A DNA stretch of 63,281 bases, the filler included, from Phoronis australis (Eukaryota; Animalia; Phoronida), in assembly GCA_002633005.1 (NCBI GenBank). It is 4 parts of 4 records of this genome, joined end to end, with 100 filler letters (N's around TTAATTAATTAA, not from the genome) between each part and the next. Parts side by side here need not be neighbours in the genome. Positions count along the whole stretch, not along the records: positions 36,168 to 39,375 come from NMRA01003148.1; positions 39,476 to 63,281 come from NMRA01000112.1; 2 more parts are not named here. One strand, written 5' to 3'. Made by a program: the position numbers and the translations under genes. The notes beneath the pieces were generated by a model, which ran no database searches, was not told the DNA's origin, and worked only from the letters and a program-made list of their open reading frames with translations. Below are positions 38,303 to 51,292 of this stretch, piece by piece. The first letter of the stretch is position 1, and every line of letters begins with the position of its first letter.

Positions 38303-38492
38303 TTAAGTTTTTATGTTCAATCCATGAGGTTCTATTGTATTCAGTTTGTCTATCCAATATTGTTCTCTTTTAAGTCTGTGAGGGGTACTGGGGTGTTGGA
38401 GTTTTTCTATTATTTGTACAGAAAGATCTTGAATATTATGGTTTTTGGAATTGAAATGATTACCTACAGTATCAGAAATGTTTTTATGTATT
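38303..38492 (-). pseudogene. Penelope-like element GIY-YIG endonuclease C-terminus
   Basis: VGNHFNSKNHNIQDLSVQIIEKL...RLKREQYWIDKLNTIEPHGLN*; similarity begins at a single-n assembly join. Confidence 0.85.
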
Positions 38493-40562
38493 ANCATATT
38501 TAAAAAACATGATTGGGCATCTGGCATGTAATCTTGTTCTAACGATATCGTGTCTCTGTTTTGAACTTCCAGACTGACCCACAGCACATTCATACGTTCG
38601 CTACAAGTGGTTTTACACAATTCCGTGTGTTGTTTGTAAGGACCTTCATGACGATACTCAGGGATACGGTAAGTATACACTACTTACATTACTGTGATCT
38701 GCCGAGTTGGTGGTCTGGGCTGTTCAACAGAGAGATCTGAGAATCAGATGAATCATGAATGTGTGCATTAACCTAGAGTAATATGGTAGGTGCATTTTGG
38801 ATGGAAATCCACAACTGTGTTGTTTGCTGAATAACAACAGTAATGAGCTGTATTAACAGCGTAGTTTGACCACTCAACATGATGTAAACTGTTACTGAAA
38901 TAGTAAAATGCACCCAGAGAAGCCCAGGAAAGGGTAGTCAATGGAAAATTTCTAGAGTGAATGTTTTGATATTTACATATGTCTAATTATTGAGAATCAT
39001 TGGGACTTGAAAATAAAATGTGGCAATCAGATTTCTTTTGCAGAAATTAATTTTATACCTCATTTTAATGACATTTGTACGAATGCTTGTTTGTATTCTT
39101 CCTAGTCTATTTAGACCTGTTCAAATATATTTGCAGCAATTCTCTGTCGTAAATTTGACTTTCCTGGTGCCTGTTTATATCAAAAGCCATAAATGTGGTC
39201 GGTCACAGCCAAGATGGTCAAAGGAACGTTGTTGCAAATGCGGCACTTTTTTATTGGAAAATCAAAAACATTGCAACTGACATAAAGTTTGTTAATTTTC
39301 TGACTTATCAACTGCCTTCTTGAGCCATGTTAGTGAACTGCATATGAAATAAAATCAAGTTCCGACCATCTTTGTNNNNNNNNNNNNNNNNNNNNNNNNN
39401 NNNNNNNNNNNNNNNNNNNTTAATTAATTAANNNNNNNNNNNNNNNNNNNNNNNNNNNNNNNNNNNNNNNNNNNNAGCCACGCATGCGCAATTCAATCAC
39501 CACTAGTACAGCAGCGACACCGCGAGGAGAATTCTCCGAATAGCCCCATTCATAATAATGTTTTACCGACTAACAGGAAAACATCAACATGACAACCAGG
39601 TCGAGTTACTTAGGGAACAAGGCATTTTTATATCACTCATTCTCCACTAGATTTTCTATCAAATTATTCTTTACATTTAAATACCGACAAAACGCTGTGG
39701 TCGACCTCATTAACATGAAAACGTGACAAAGTAGACCCAAATTTTCCAGTTTAAATTGTCATGATAATGAGGGAGGGTCATGGGCTCCGAGACGTTGAGT
39801 CAAAATACGTGTACGTGCACATTTGCAGGTTTTGAGAGGATGTAGGCCACTCCACCCATGGATGTAGGCCACTAGACCCATCTAGAACACTCCTGACACG
39901 TACATCTCCGAGGAATAGTTTGATGCTACGGGATTACCCGCAATATTTCGATTGGGCACGAATTAAAATATACTTGTTGCATTTTGATTAGCGGTATGAC
40001 AACAACACAGTAAAGACATTCATCCTTGTCTGGAATATATTACAGTTCACGTAGAGTTTCAAGGTAGTTATTTAGAACGGAGACATCAGATATACAGATA
40101 AAACAAATTTCAAAAATAAAAAATAAAAATAATATTAAAAATTGTATGAACAAAGAAACGTTTTAAGATGTAAGATTTGTTACAAAATCTGTTTGCCCAA
40201 CTTGTGAATAATTTGCTTTTCAAATTGAAGTACGAACGACATGGACAAATATTTTTGTTTTAGATAACACTTGATAAAAACTTTTTTGTGTCATTTTTCA
40301 TTCACTTGACAGGGAACAATAAATTTAAAGTCATAAAACAGCAGTTGTTGTCACGAAAAGCACGTTAACGATTTAAATTACCACGCAAAATTTTTTTCAT
40401 GCTTCACGCTAAATGAGCAAATGTTCTATTTTTACACCTGAATAACTATGATGAAACAGACAAGAGCAATTTTTTAGCACGTTAAAGTGACATAGTCGAT
40501 AGAATGATTTTATGAGATCAGTTATGTCGTGACATCGAAACCAGGACCTCAGCGGCGGTAAT

Positions 40563-43468
40563 CACCCCGGCCAACCCGCGATCGAGAACGACCTGAAGGC
40601 AAAAGAGAACAAAATTTGGCGCATGAAGTGAAGCCAGGAAAGGTGAGTAAATCTAATGAATTTTCGTTGTTTTTACTTCCAATGTGAGAACAGAGACACG
40701 AGTTCAAGGCATAACACACTGAGGAAGGGCAAACAGAGGTTTAGGCTAGCTTCTCTTCCAATTATTGGAGAAAAGTTACGTCGACCGAGGCATCACATGA
40801 GCCGAAGGAGATTTATATGTCATGTTGGTAAATCGTAGTTATTTTTATCACTAAATCTCTCAATTGACCATGAAGTTATGAAGAAATGACGTGTGAAAAT
40901 ACATGTATACATGTAACACGATGCTTGCTTTTTCTAGTTTTGTCAGGATCTCTGATTTTTCGACGTTTTCCTGTTGAGAGATGCGATCGAGAACGCAAAG
41001 ATAAACGATCGGGTACGCAAACTTGTGTTTGTTCTTGCGATCGGGAACGCATCGTGGTGTGTCGAACAGTAATGAACTTTTTACTTGTAAAACGTGAAAA
41101 GGGTTACAAAAGAAGTGTGATGCAATGAATTACTGAGTTACTTTCGTATCAACAGTGAACAACAACATAGCATATTTCCATTAATTTGCCATGAACATTA
41201 CATGTACATCAAGCATTATTTTACTGTCACAAACGAATTTATTTTCATTTCACGAAACAAAATCACTGTTATTGTGAGGCTAGCTTCAACGAACATGTTA
41301 CCCACGACGTGAAGGCACACCCTAAATGAATTGGCTTTTGAAATACAGACGTCTACTTTTAGAGGAAACCACTGAGAACAAGGGGTTCTAAACTGAAGAC
41401 TCACCCACCAGTTGAACCACGTGTCCTGTCATCCAAGGGTAAACAAATTGTTGCAGCAGATGAAAGCGAGCGTAGAATCGTGAAAAGTTGTGACGGCAAA
41501 AGGAAAAAAAAACAGCCAGTGAAGTCAAAGAATGATGATGAGCTTTCCCATGGGGAGAGAGAGGAGAGCGACAACACCCTTCACGAGATGCAAAAGATTC
41601 CCTCTCATAAACGCCTGGGATATAAAAATTGGCCAAAAGTTGTGTAAACGGATGTGCTGATAAAACGGGTGGGATTTTGCTAGATGTTTTACTGATAACA
41701 TCGATACAGAGATGAACATATCGACTTCTGGCACCCGTGTGGCTCGATCGTACGTTGTGTTTGGACATTTCTGTTTTTTAGTCTTGATCCTAAGTTCATC
41801 CGCATCATCAGTTCATGATCTCCAGTTTAATGTGACATTGGAAAAAGTGAGACAGTTAAAGTACACGAACTATATTGGGATTTTCTCAAAACGTAGCCAA
41901 CATGTTGTCATTAACGTCTCTTCAACTACACACTGTAAAGATTTACACAGGAAATCCACAACAATATTATAGCATTTCTATAATAATATTAAACTTTTTT
42001 CACATATACCTCAAAATTGGCCATACAAAAATATATAGAATATTGCTTTAAGGAAACCAACATTACAAATCCACTGAACATTTGCTACGAATCTCATTTG
42101 GAATGTATTAGACTTAATCATCACTGAATCATAGACAATGTATTTAGGACTGATTGATAGTATAATAGTCTCTCACAGGAAATCAACAAGAATATGAAAG
42201 CAATTTCTACAATAATCATAGACATATTTTCTTTTAAAATATTAATTGGTCAGATCACTAGTATGTAAATATTGGCCAAAGACACTTAGTATGGCCAATT
42301 AAATCTACCTAAACACTACAAAAATGCCCTGGTTCTGTTAAAGATCCTTTTGAAATAATACAAATATAGAAACAAACTTGAGGAAAAAAGGTTCAAAATG
42401 AAACAACAAAATACTATCACAGCAGACAGCTACCAACCATGAACTTTGTAAATCTGAACTTAACAACCTTCACCACTGGACTTAATGATTTCATTCATGG
42501 AGATTCTGCTTGCTATGCCTGTAGAAGGAGGCATACTGTTTCTATAGCATGCCACATTTACCACAAAAAAGAGTGTCCTTGTGCTCTGATGCAATGTGTC
42601 GCGTCAGGCTCACCTTTTCTGTGAAACCCTGATCACAGATAGGACATTGCATCGAATTGGTTTCTGAGCACGACGCTTCATGATGTGTTTTCTTATATTG
42701 GTAAAAACATCTCTTGACTCATGCAACACGTCAATCACAGGGCTGGTAAAGGTCTTGGTCGATTTCTTAGTTCCTGAGCAAAGCTCAACAACAAACACAC
42801 ACACACAAACACCCCTTTGTGACATGCAGCAGTTGTCACTACTCTTTTTTGAAAGCGTGGACGTTAACACCCTGAGGGACTCGTCGTGTGGCTACAGTTC
42901 AACTGAAAAAATCAAACGCATTCAGTTATGTTTTGTTAAGCTAAATCTCATTTAGAAATCACGGAAATAAAACGATGAAATGTAAATAATAATCAACCCA
43001 TTAACTAAATCAGGCTCCGTATTATTCTAAAACTATTGACATAACACCGTAACTTGAACGACGACTCAGGCCAATGCAGAAAAAAATTGTGCGTTCCTTA
43101 CCGCTTGTTTTGCATTCACGATCGCCATAGAGAATTAACGACATCGTTCCCGATCGCGGTCTCACACAAGGACCTGCTTGTATAGGTAAGTATCTCAAAC
43201 TGTTTCACAAATCATAACTAACAAACGTGTCACTAGGTACGATTAAACTATAAACGTCTTTTTTCTCTCCTTAAAAACTCTGGAATTGCTAATATTAAGT
43301 AGAAATTGTTTGATTTTACGAAGAGCAAGGCATTTTACCGAAAGCCATTGCTTTTTGGGCACTTTATTTAAAAAAATAAGCAAAAGCCAAGTATTATTTC
43401 AGATCCATAACAAAGGTCTTGCTCTCGATCGTCTTCCGGGCGATCTCGACGGCGCGTTGGCCGGGGTA
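40563..43468. mobile_element. 2.9-kb non-autonomous TIR element with 4-bp TSD, Academ-like
   Basis: TIRs CACCCCGGCCAACCCGCGATCGAGAACG / CGATCTCGACGGCGCGTTGGCCGGGGTA; TSD TAAT at 40559-40562 and 43469-43472; YR..YR termini. Confidence 0.7.
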
Positions 43469-44077
43469 TAATTAAACACTCCGATGTTGGAGTCCAATGT
43501 CGCCTGATGAATGGCAGGTTTCTTTATTGAATATCATATCCTGGGCTTACATCAAGTACTTACCATTAATGCTTGTCTTTATCTTTATTATAAAAAGAAA
43601 CATTGGAGAAGCTCACATACAGACATCTAATGTGTGCGATCACCTCACACGTTTCCCGTATGGGAAGTTAATTTAACTCATGAAGTCGCCGCCCTTGACC
43701 TGAGCGAATGTCTTGCAGAAAACGATGAGATTGGCGATCACGAAAACACACCGGAGTTCTTTTGCAGCCCTGGTCAAAAATATTAATTTCATGAAGTCTT
43801 TCCCCGTCCAACAATAATCCCTAAATTCCAGGCTTTCGTCTGTAATACCGATCATGTCTCTTTAAGTTACACATGACGTCACGAACGCATTAAGATCAAA
43901 GGCAATGAGAATTCCATTTGTGTTAAATTTACTGAAAAATTCATCATGTTGAAGCACAGTGGCAGTCGAGTGAAATTTCATTTAGTGCGTCTATAAATTT
44001 ATTGAAGTGGCAGTTTTGATGTACCCTTTAAGATGTGGGTCACTTGTTTACACCATGCTTATGTCACATAAAAATGA

Positions 44078-44085
44078 TATAAATA
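44078..44085 (+). promoter_or_regulatory. Candidate TATA box of the cystine-knot gene
   Basis: TATAAATA about 30 bp before an Inr-like CCATTTT and 97 bp before the GCCATG start. Confidence 0.55.
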
Positions 44086-44174
44086 CCAGCACTTTATCAG
44101 TTTGCCCATTTTTTCTACTCAGATCTACGCAACAGTTTAAGAATTGACGCCTTATCTTTCCACACAAGTTCGCC

Positions 44175-44186
44175 ATGAACCATATG
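44175..44186 (+). CDS. Secreted cystine-knot precursor, exon 1 (MNHM)
   Basis: GCC-ATG context and GTAAGG donor; phase 0 matches the 44718 acceptor and completes the signal peptide. Confidence 0.7.
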
Positions 44187-44717
44187 GTAAGGTGTAAAAG
44201 CACAACGATTTGGGTTTATTGTTTGTTTCTCAAAGTAAGGTTTTTGCAAGAAACTAGAAATTTATGTGAGATTTTGTTCGGCATAACGCTTTGGTAAAGT
44301 CGTCAACATTTCAACTTCAGTCGCAGATGTCTTTGATTCTTCTACATCAGTTGAATTAATTCTGGTGCCATGGTTCAGGCAGAGTTTTGCAGCACACAAA
44401 TCACAGTTTGGTGTTTAATAATTTCTTTTCACAAAGTTTGCTTCAGTTTTTTTATTTAGTGAACTTGAGTAGAACGTGCCAAGGATTTAAAGATATGGGG
44501 CTTCGTAAAGGCTTGTACTAATACAGCGCTTATTAGGTGAAGTCAAAATCGCAAACCGCAAACTGGAATAAATCCCATTTAAACAATTAATGGTTCATTC
44601 TTTTATCGTGTGTGGTAAGGAAGCTTACTCGCCCGATTACAAAAGTGTGCCGCCAGAAGAATGAACCAAAATAGTGGTTTTCCAAAGTTGTTCTTACCGT
44701 GATGAATTTCCTTCCAG

Positions 44718-45112
44718 TGGCTGCTGATCTCTGTGGGTCTGCTGCTGGTAGTTCACGTGCTGGCAGACGACACGGAATTTCAGCCAGAGGAAGCAGTGCA
44801 AGAAGCAGATCACGAGACTGAAATGCTGCAGGTTGAGAGAGGTATAGACGAGCCTGAGGATGACGATGAAACGCTGGAAGTTGAGAAAGGGGTGGACAAG
44901 GCTAACGATCAAGGCCAATACGATGGCACCAATGAAGTGGTTGACGAGACTAAACGTACTGATACTCGCCGACTTAGAGATGATTTCTGCAACAATTGCT
45001 ACACAGTGGTACGCCGAGTTCGGAATGGCCCTTATTCAGCCGATTCAGGTTACAGCCGATGCTACATCTATTATCCAAAAGTGTTGTTGACGACCAGGTG
45101 CCGATATACGGG
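44718..45112 (+). CDS. Secreted cystine-knot precursor, exon 2 (signal peptide, acidic propeptide, RRLR site, first 4 Cys)
   Basis: TTTCCTTCCAG acceptor; WLLISVGLLLVVHVLA|DDTEF...RRLR|DDFCNNC...; phase-2 GTAAGA donor. Confidence 0.88.
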
Positions 45113-45297
45113 GTAAGAAAAGCAAAAACTAGAACATATAAGGTCAAAAATAGAACAAATGGACGGTTTTGGTCTATTTCCAACTCATTTTGAAACATGT
45201 GTTACACAGCTGACACAATGTAACACTGGATAAAAAGAGTCTTGACCGTTTCAGCTGTTAACAGATGACGCTGGAATTAAAAAAGTAAGACTTAACC

Positions 45298-45589
45298 CAT
45301 AGGCAAATTTAGTGGGGTGGCAAGGGACCCGGGTTCCCTCCCTTGGCTGCCGCAAGCAAAATGAAACAGCAAAACAGCATGAAGCGTGAGGAAATATTGA
45401 GTTCAGGAGCTAGGACCGGTAGCGGACGAGGGGGGAGACAAGTTTTTTTAGTCCACCCATAGATTTTCTGAACATGTCTACATCTTCGACCCCCGCAACC
45501 TTCGGGCTGCCTGTGTACACATGCAATCGCGCTTTGCCCGATTCCCCGAGGATGTTAGACCCCCTTATGGTATCCTAGATCCGCCACCG
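45298..45589. mobile_element. Decayed hAT-like MITE in intron 2
   Basis: Right end CCTAGATCCGCCACCG with a degenerate left end followed by a G-rich stretch; ends resemble those of 49970-50198. Confidence 0.4.
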
Positions 45590-46093
45590 TAAGCAGATCC
45601 TTTTCAGATACCAATCAATTGAATTGTCCATGAGAAATATGGTTAATTTGGTTGGACCAGAATCAATCATGCTAGTTGTTTTGTATAGTCTTACATTTAA
45701 ACATATCGTCGGATTACGTATGGTGTAGAGTGTCACAGTTCAACCCATTTCCTAATTGATATTCTAATTTTGGTTTGGCTTTTTACACATACATGTTTTT
45801 CCGTGATAAAACGTTAACACCAGCCCCATAAATACAGGTAATTACTGGAAAACGCAGTTCCCAGTGATGTGCTTCGATATTTTATACTTTAGTGATGTCT
45901 GGGGTCTGTTCATTAGGGTTTATATTTTGTTGTCTGTTCATTAGGATTTGTATTTTGCGAGTTTGGCAAGTTTTCGCGGGAAAACGCCATTCATTACACG
46001 CGAAGCACGTGATCTCCAAGCAAGCATCCACACTCGATTGAAGCCCTCTCTGGTCTGTGACTCACCCTACTAAGCTTTTAAATTATATTTCAG

Positions 46094-46265
46094 ACAACAC
46101 TGCCTTGCTTATTGCACCCGCTACAAATACGGCAGATGCAAAACGGTGACCAAGCGAGTCCGAGTTCGCGTCCGCTGCTACCTTCGTTTCAACAGGCCGC
46201 TAAAGACACCGGTCCTCAGATGGAAATGGTTCAGTGTTCAGTGCTGCAGCTGTAGTTATCACTGA
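46094..46265 (+). CDS. Secreted cystine-knot precursor, exon 3 (QHCLAYCTRYKYGRCKTVTKRVRVRVRCYLRFNRPLKTPVLRWKWFSVQCCSCSYH*)
   Basis: ATTTCAG acceptor, phase compatible (GG|A = Gly), terminal CCxC motif, TGA at 46263-46265, AATAAA at 46304-46309. Confidence 0.88.
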
Positions 46266-49200
46266 GTTCCAACAAGGTTCCAGCCGTCTACAGAGCGAAT
46301 GTCAATAAAACTATTGCTTCCTGCTTGAATTAAGTGTTTAATTTTCATTTTCAAATATAAATGATGCTAAGTTTTGCCTACCAGTGGGGAATTAGTACTT
46401 TCCTGAAAAGCACTAGCTTTTCACTCGCTTGATTTTGCAAGTTCGTCCGAGATCTTGCTTTACTCGCGGGAGCCTCGTCTACGACACGCTACCGCAAGTG
46501 TACTAAATCTTTGACCCGGCGGAACCAGCGAAATCAATTAGGTGTACTCATGGTTCGGCAATAGTCTGATATAACGTGCCCGCATTTTGATAACCAGTTT
46601 AATGGCCGTTATTTAGTGGGGGAAACTGGTTCTCAACATTCGGGAACGTTATACCAGACCATTAACCACTGTTTAGCTACAAACTTCCATGAATCACAAG
46701 GCGTATCGTGTGCGTATTTCTCCAAAGCCGTCGACTAAAACTTACCTAGAGCGCGTTAGTCAAGCATGCCGATTTGTCAGTCTTTTTTGTCGTATCTCGG
46801 TCAAATACGTTCGCAATTTTGAGGTTCACGAGCTTTGTGTTGATTCAGAAATAACAGAAATTTATCTTGTCTTGATTGGAACATGATTTTTTCTCATCAG
46901 CTAAAATTGGGTTGACATTCGTGCTTTTAGATACAGAGAGAGTGTGCCGTCTTTTGATGCGTGTACGCTGATATAATCAACGTTGATAAAAATCTGGAAG
47001 AAAGACGAAGAAAGACAACCTGTTTATTTTTCAGACAACAAGGTCAATGGTCCATACTGTAAAGCCCAACAACATACTAATAATTACGTACTCATGAACA
47101 CACACATTTGACATCTTGACAATAGATTCGCAATTCAAATTTTAACAAAATTCACACGAGTTTATTAACTCATTTACGGTGTACGTTTTCATTATTTTAA
47201 CAAACGTACCGCCGACAACATATCTGACTTTTGGGACACACCGATAAAAAGAATCTCATTTGCACCTTTTGTAAACGTACAGTACCCATTGTTTTAACAG
47301 TTGTTGACATTGAACTGGACTGAGCATATCTGAATCTGGCCAAGCTCGCTAACTGAACTAGGTTCTTTACATGTGTTACTAGATAATAATAATAAACATC
47401 GAGACTGGTGTGCTCTCATAGTTCCGTATTCCAATATTAGCATTCCATGGACCCGTTCCAAGAAACTGGTTTCTCATTTTTTACTCAAGACTAAGATTTG
47501 TCTCAACTTCCAAACTTTTAAACTGCCACATCAGGTGGAATAGCCAAAATTAAGGCAAAACTTAAGTCAAGAACTTAAGTCAACCTTGAGATCACCACAT
47601 CGAAAAGGACTTGGAACAAACTGACGGAAATTTAAAATATTTTGCCACTTCAGTTTTCTTGCAGGAGTATCCATACCTTTACACGTACATGTACATTTGT
47701 ATTTCAAAATTCATTTATAAAAATGTCCTCGTCAGTTCCTATTTTATTGATCCACACAATCCCAAAGCCAGTTAAACGTAGAAAAGTTTTTACATTTAAT
47801 CCCCAGCTCTCTCTACAAATCTCAGCGCTAGCACAACGTAACATGGTTTGTGTATCTATTTTGTGGAAACTTTTTAGCAGCAAGTAGACCATTCTTGTGA
47901 CCACTGTGTGCACTCTGTCGCACGCATTGAAGAGGCCTGTGACGTTATCTGCATGCATAAACAACACTTACATGTATCTTTGGAGCAACGTGTTTCTTTG
48001 TTGTTAGATTTTCGCTGATCTCATCATCAGGCATGTCCTGAAACAATTTTAAAGGGACGTTTAGTGTACTTTTTGACATTTTACTCAAGTTTTTGCTTAA
48101 AGGTACAGGCCGGGTGCTTTAATTTGGGTATAAGCAAATGCCTTATCCCAGGAATACAGGCACATGCCTGCCCTCGACAAGGGGTCATAAAAAGTTTTGT
48201 GATCATTAAACGGCCAGCACTATGCAGATGATCAGTCAAGGTTTATAAGTTGTATTACTGTAAGTTACTGTTCATCATTGGGGAAACATGCACAATTATT
48301 TTCAAAACATAATTTTTGTTCGTAAGTTTACGCACTCAAGTATACATGTAGGCGCAGATTCCTATTTAGATGAAAGCATTCAAAATGTGTGCAAATACCG
48401 TAAGATTATTAAACAAAAATGACGTCTATGAACTCTACCCAATTACAGAATGCAATGTTGATTTGGGATCGATATTTCACAGGTAAAAAGATTGCTTGAA
48501 GTTCTTAGTTATCACTTACTTTCTTCACAATCACTATCGATTTTGAAGATAGGTGTTTCCCACCTTTGTGAAAGTCAACGGCATCGTTGATCACCAATGA
48601 AAAATGAAGAAGAGGAGAGAGGCATTCAGAATTAGTTTTAAAATGAGCGTGTTAGTGATTTCATTGGAGTTCAAGTTAGGCCGAAACATGTTGAAACGTT
48701 GTCATTTTACTAATGATTGAAGGGGAAACAGAGAAATGTCGTCCCTTTAAAGTAAGTTTTGTAATAAGTATTCCGAATTAGAATCTCATCTGGTTTCACT
48801 TTTAGTGGAATTATTTCACAAATGATTTACTTGTGCGACAGCAACGTTGAAGTTCTCACAAAGCATTTATGGTGTTTTAACATTAGAATGCTAAGGTAAA
48901 AGAAAACAATTATGTGGCCTAGACTTTTATCTGGAGGAAATGCAAAATAAATCATAACACAGCGCAGGTTGGAAACGTGTCATGTGACCTTAAGAATCCA
49001 ATTGGTAACAATCAACTATTCATACAAGTTTTCTCCTGGAATCCACTCAGGACCACAGGTCTGTGCGCGCTAAGAATGACCAGTGTCATTGTCCAGTTTG
49101 CCGAGAAATCCCTGAGTGTATGGAAACGTACCTCAAGAATCAGCTTGATGAACAATAATAAGAAAATGAAAGTGCAGCAATGAAATTAGACTTGATTTAG

Positions 49201-49969
49201 TAACAACTCTCGATCAAAACTAAATCGAGCAGGCTACCGGAAATTCTCAGAACAAACTCTATCAGCTAGTCCCGGGATCCAAAGCTTCTGTACACTCTTT
49301 CGCAGTGCTACGAAAGGGGCCACGTTTCAATATACACATGTAGGTGGCGCTGTGTCAGAGGGTAGGTCGCAACCTCTCATAATATAACACGTAAGTCACA
49401 TACGGGTGCCGGCATTCCAGGGATAGAGTTCTATGACAATACTACAGCAACGAAGAAAAAACACAGGAAGTTGTAGAAATTTTAAGTGACAGTTTATAGG
49501 CACATGTAATCATGCTTACCTTGTTTGTTTTGACTTTTTCAAGGGTAATTTGAAGCCTCGCCTTTGATGCTCGTGAACATTCAGTAGCAATAATTCCTTA
49601 AAAATACATCGAATTCTTGAACAAGCGTGTCCTTTTATTTCGCTGTTACGGATTTATAGGTATTTTAACGTCCGCCAGCCTACAGAGACCGGTCAAGAAG
49701 TGTAGACTCCTTGGTTCGGTAGGCCTCGATCGCGGGAGTTTGGGTCGAGGAATACAGACATAAAAGATAGCTGTGTGTTGTACTTTTAGACTTGCAATTT
49801 TTTCAGTTCTTAACACACAAAACTCTTGTTATCCCAGCCAGTGCCCCGGGACCTGATCAGTCCCGTCACGGCCGCCGGGACTGGACATCAGGAAAATAAA
49901 CCAACTTAAGTTGGAAATCAAACCTTCTGTCACGAAAAAGCTATTCTAGTGAGCCAAAGAAATAATGTG

Positions 49970-50198
49970 CAGAGGCGGATCTACAAGGGAGTTCAGGGGG
50001 TTAAACCCCCTTAGGAACAGGATCAAAAATAAAATTTGAAAAAAAATTCTCCAGAAAAACGAAATTAGCAACTAAAAATCACAAAAATCTTACACGGGAG
50101 GAGGGAACCCTTTCCCGACCCTCCTTCCCTCGCCGCTACGCGCCTAAGATTCACTCGAATCCTAACCTCCCTTTACCGAAAACGTAGATCTGCCACTC
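49970..50198. mobile_element. hAT-like MITE
   Basis: TIR CAGAGGCGGATCTAC / GTAGATCTGCCACTC; TSD not clear. Confidence 0.55.
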
Positions 50199-50663
50199 AT
50201 ATGCACGTATTTATTTTGGTGAATTAGCCGCGAAATTAAATATCTACTTACTTGTCGGGAGCCGCGAAGTCAAGTTACCCTTTTACAGAAACGACAGGGC
50301 AAAAGTTGTACAGTAACAATGATATGAATAATTTATTTGTATATCTAAATACAGATTTCCCTAACATCTGACTATAGCATATAAAATCGAGTTATTGTTT
50401 CACAACGTCTTTCTGTCAGCAAACACTGAATCAGCATGCGCTCACACGGCCTCGGTGCCCGGTCAATTACCTTTATTGCATCTGAAGCCGATAACGCAGA
50501 GGTTTATTCATTGCTGGCTTCTAAAAACATTTGTACTCCAGAATACTCCAAAGGCATTACAAATTATATCTAATGAGACAGACTTTGTTTCAGTTTTATA
50601 TAAGCATTGGTTTGGGGTGAGAATAATTCATTTTGAAACAGAACGCATAATAATAAGCGTCAA

Positions 50664-51050
50664 CATGGCGAGTGACTCGCAATCCTGACTTAGACGATAG
50701 CTCATCCGACGAATACTTCGCAGGTGGATTGTTAAGTTTCACAGTCTATCAGTTCGAACCGGAATACAGTGATCAAGAGAGGCACCGTGAACATGCACAG
50801 GCAACGGAAAGTAAGACGGCATTCGTCGGAAACACTGTCGACGACTGCCGGCCACAGACACGAAGATGATTCACGGCCTCATACTTGCTGTTAACAGCGT
50901 ACTTTTCATTCTTCACTACCCCAAGCCACTTCCTAAGCATTTCGGGCTCCTGAGGAAGTCGAAAAAACTACATACCCGTTCTTCTTGCAGCTGGATAATT
51001 CGGACAACCGGGAGTGATGCACCACAACACAGCGGCGTTCACTCAGCAAA
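50664..51050. pseudogene. Second Kolobok-type deletion remnant: acidic YQFEPEY ORF start (+) facing a THAP domain (-)
   Basis: Plus strand DDSSSDEYFAGG...YQFEPEYSDQE; minus strand, frameshifted, WCITPGCPNY...FFRLPQEPEMLRKWLGVVKN...HLRVCG; same layout as 52377-54085. Confidence 0.6.
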
Positions 51051-51151
51051 TGAACCATTGGCATCGCAGCGTCGTTTCTCATCTTCCTTACAGGTTAACG
51101 CGACACCTCTCGGCAAGGTAATCGACCGTATGCGAGGCGTAACCTGGCGTG

Positions 51152-51292
51152 CGTTCAGTAGACGCTAGGACCTACTCTAGAACCTAGCCAAAAGCTAGTC
51201 AAGGTCACGTGCTCTTATTTAAAATACACGGCAATATCTCGCGTAATCTCGCAAGGTCTTGCTTTTAAGCTAGGTCCTAGCGTTACTGAACG
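51152..51292. repeat. Short inverted-repeat element
   Basis: CGTTCAGTAGACGCTAGGACCTA ... TAGGTCCTAGCGTTACTGAACG. Confidence 0.7.
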
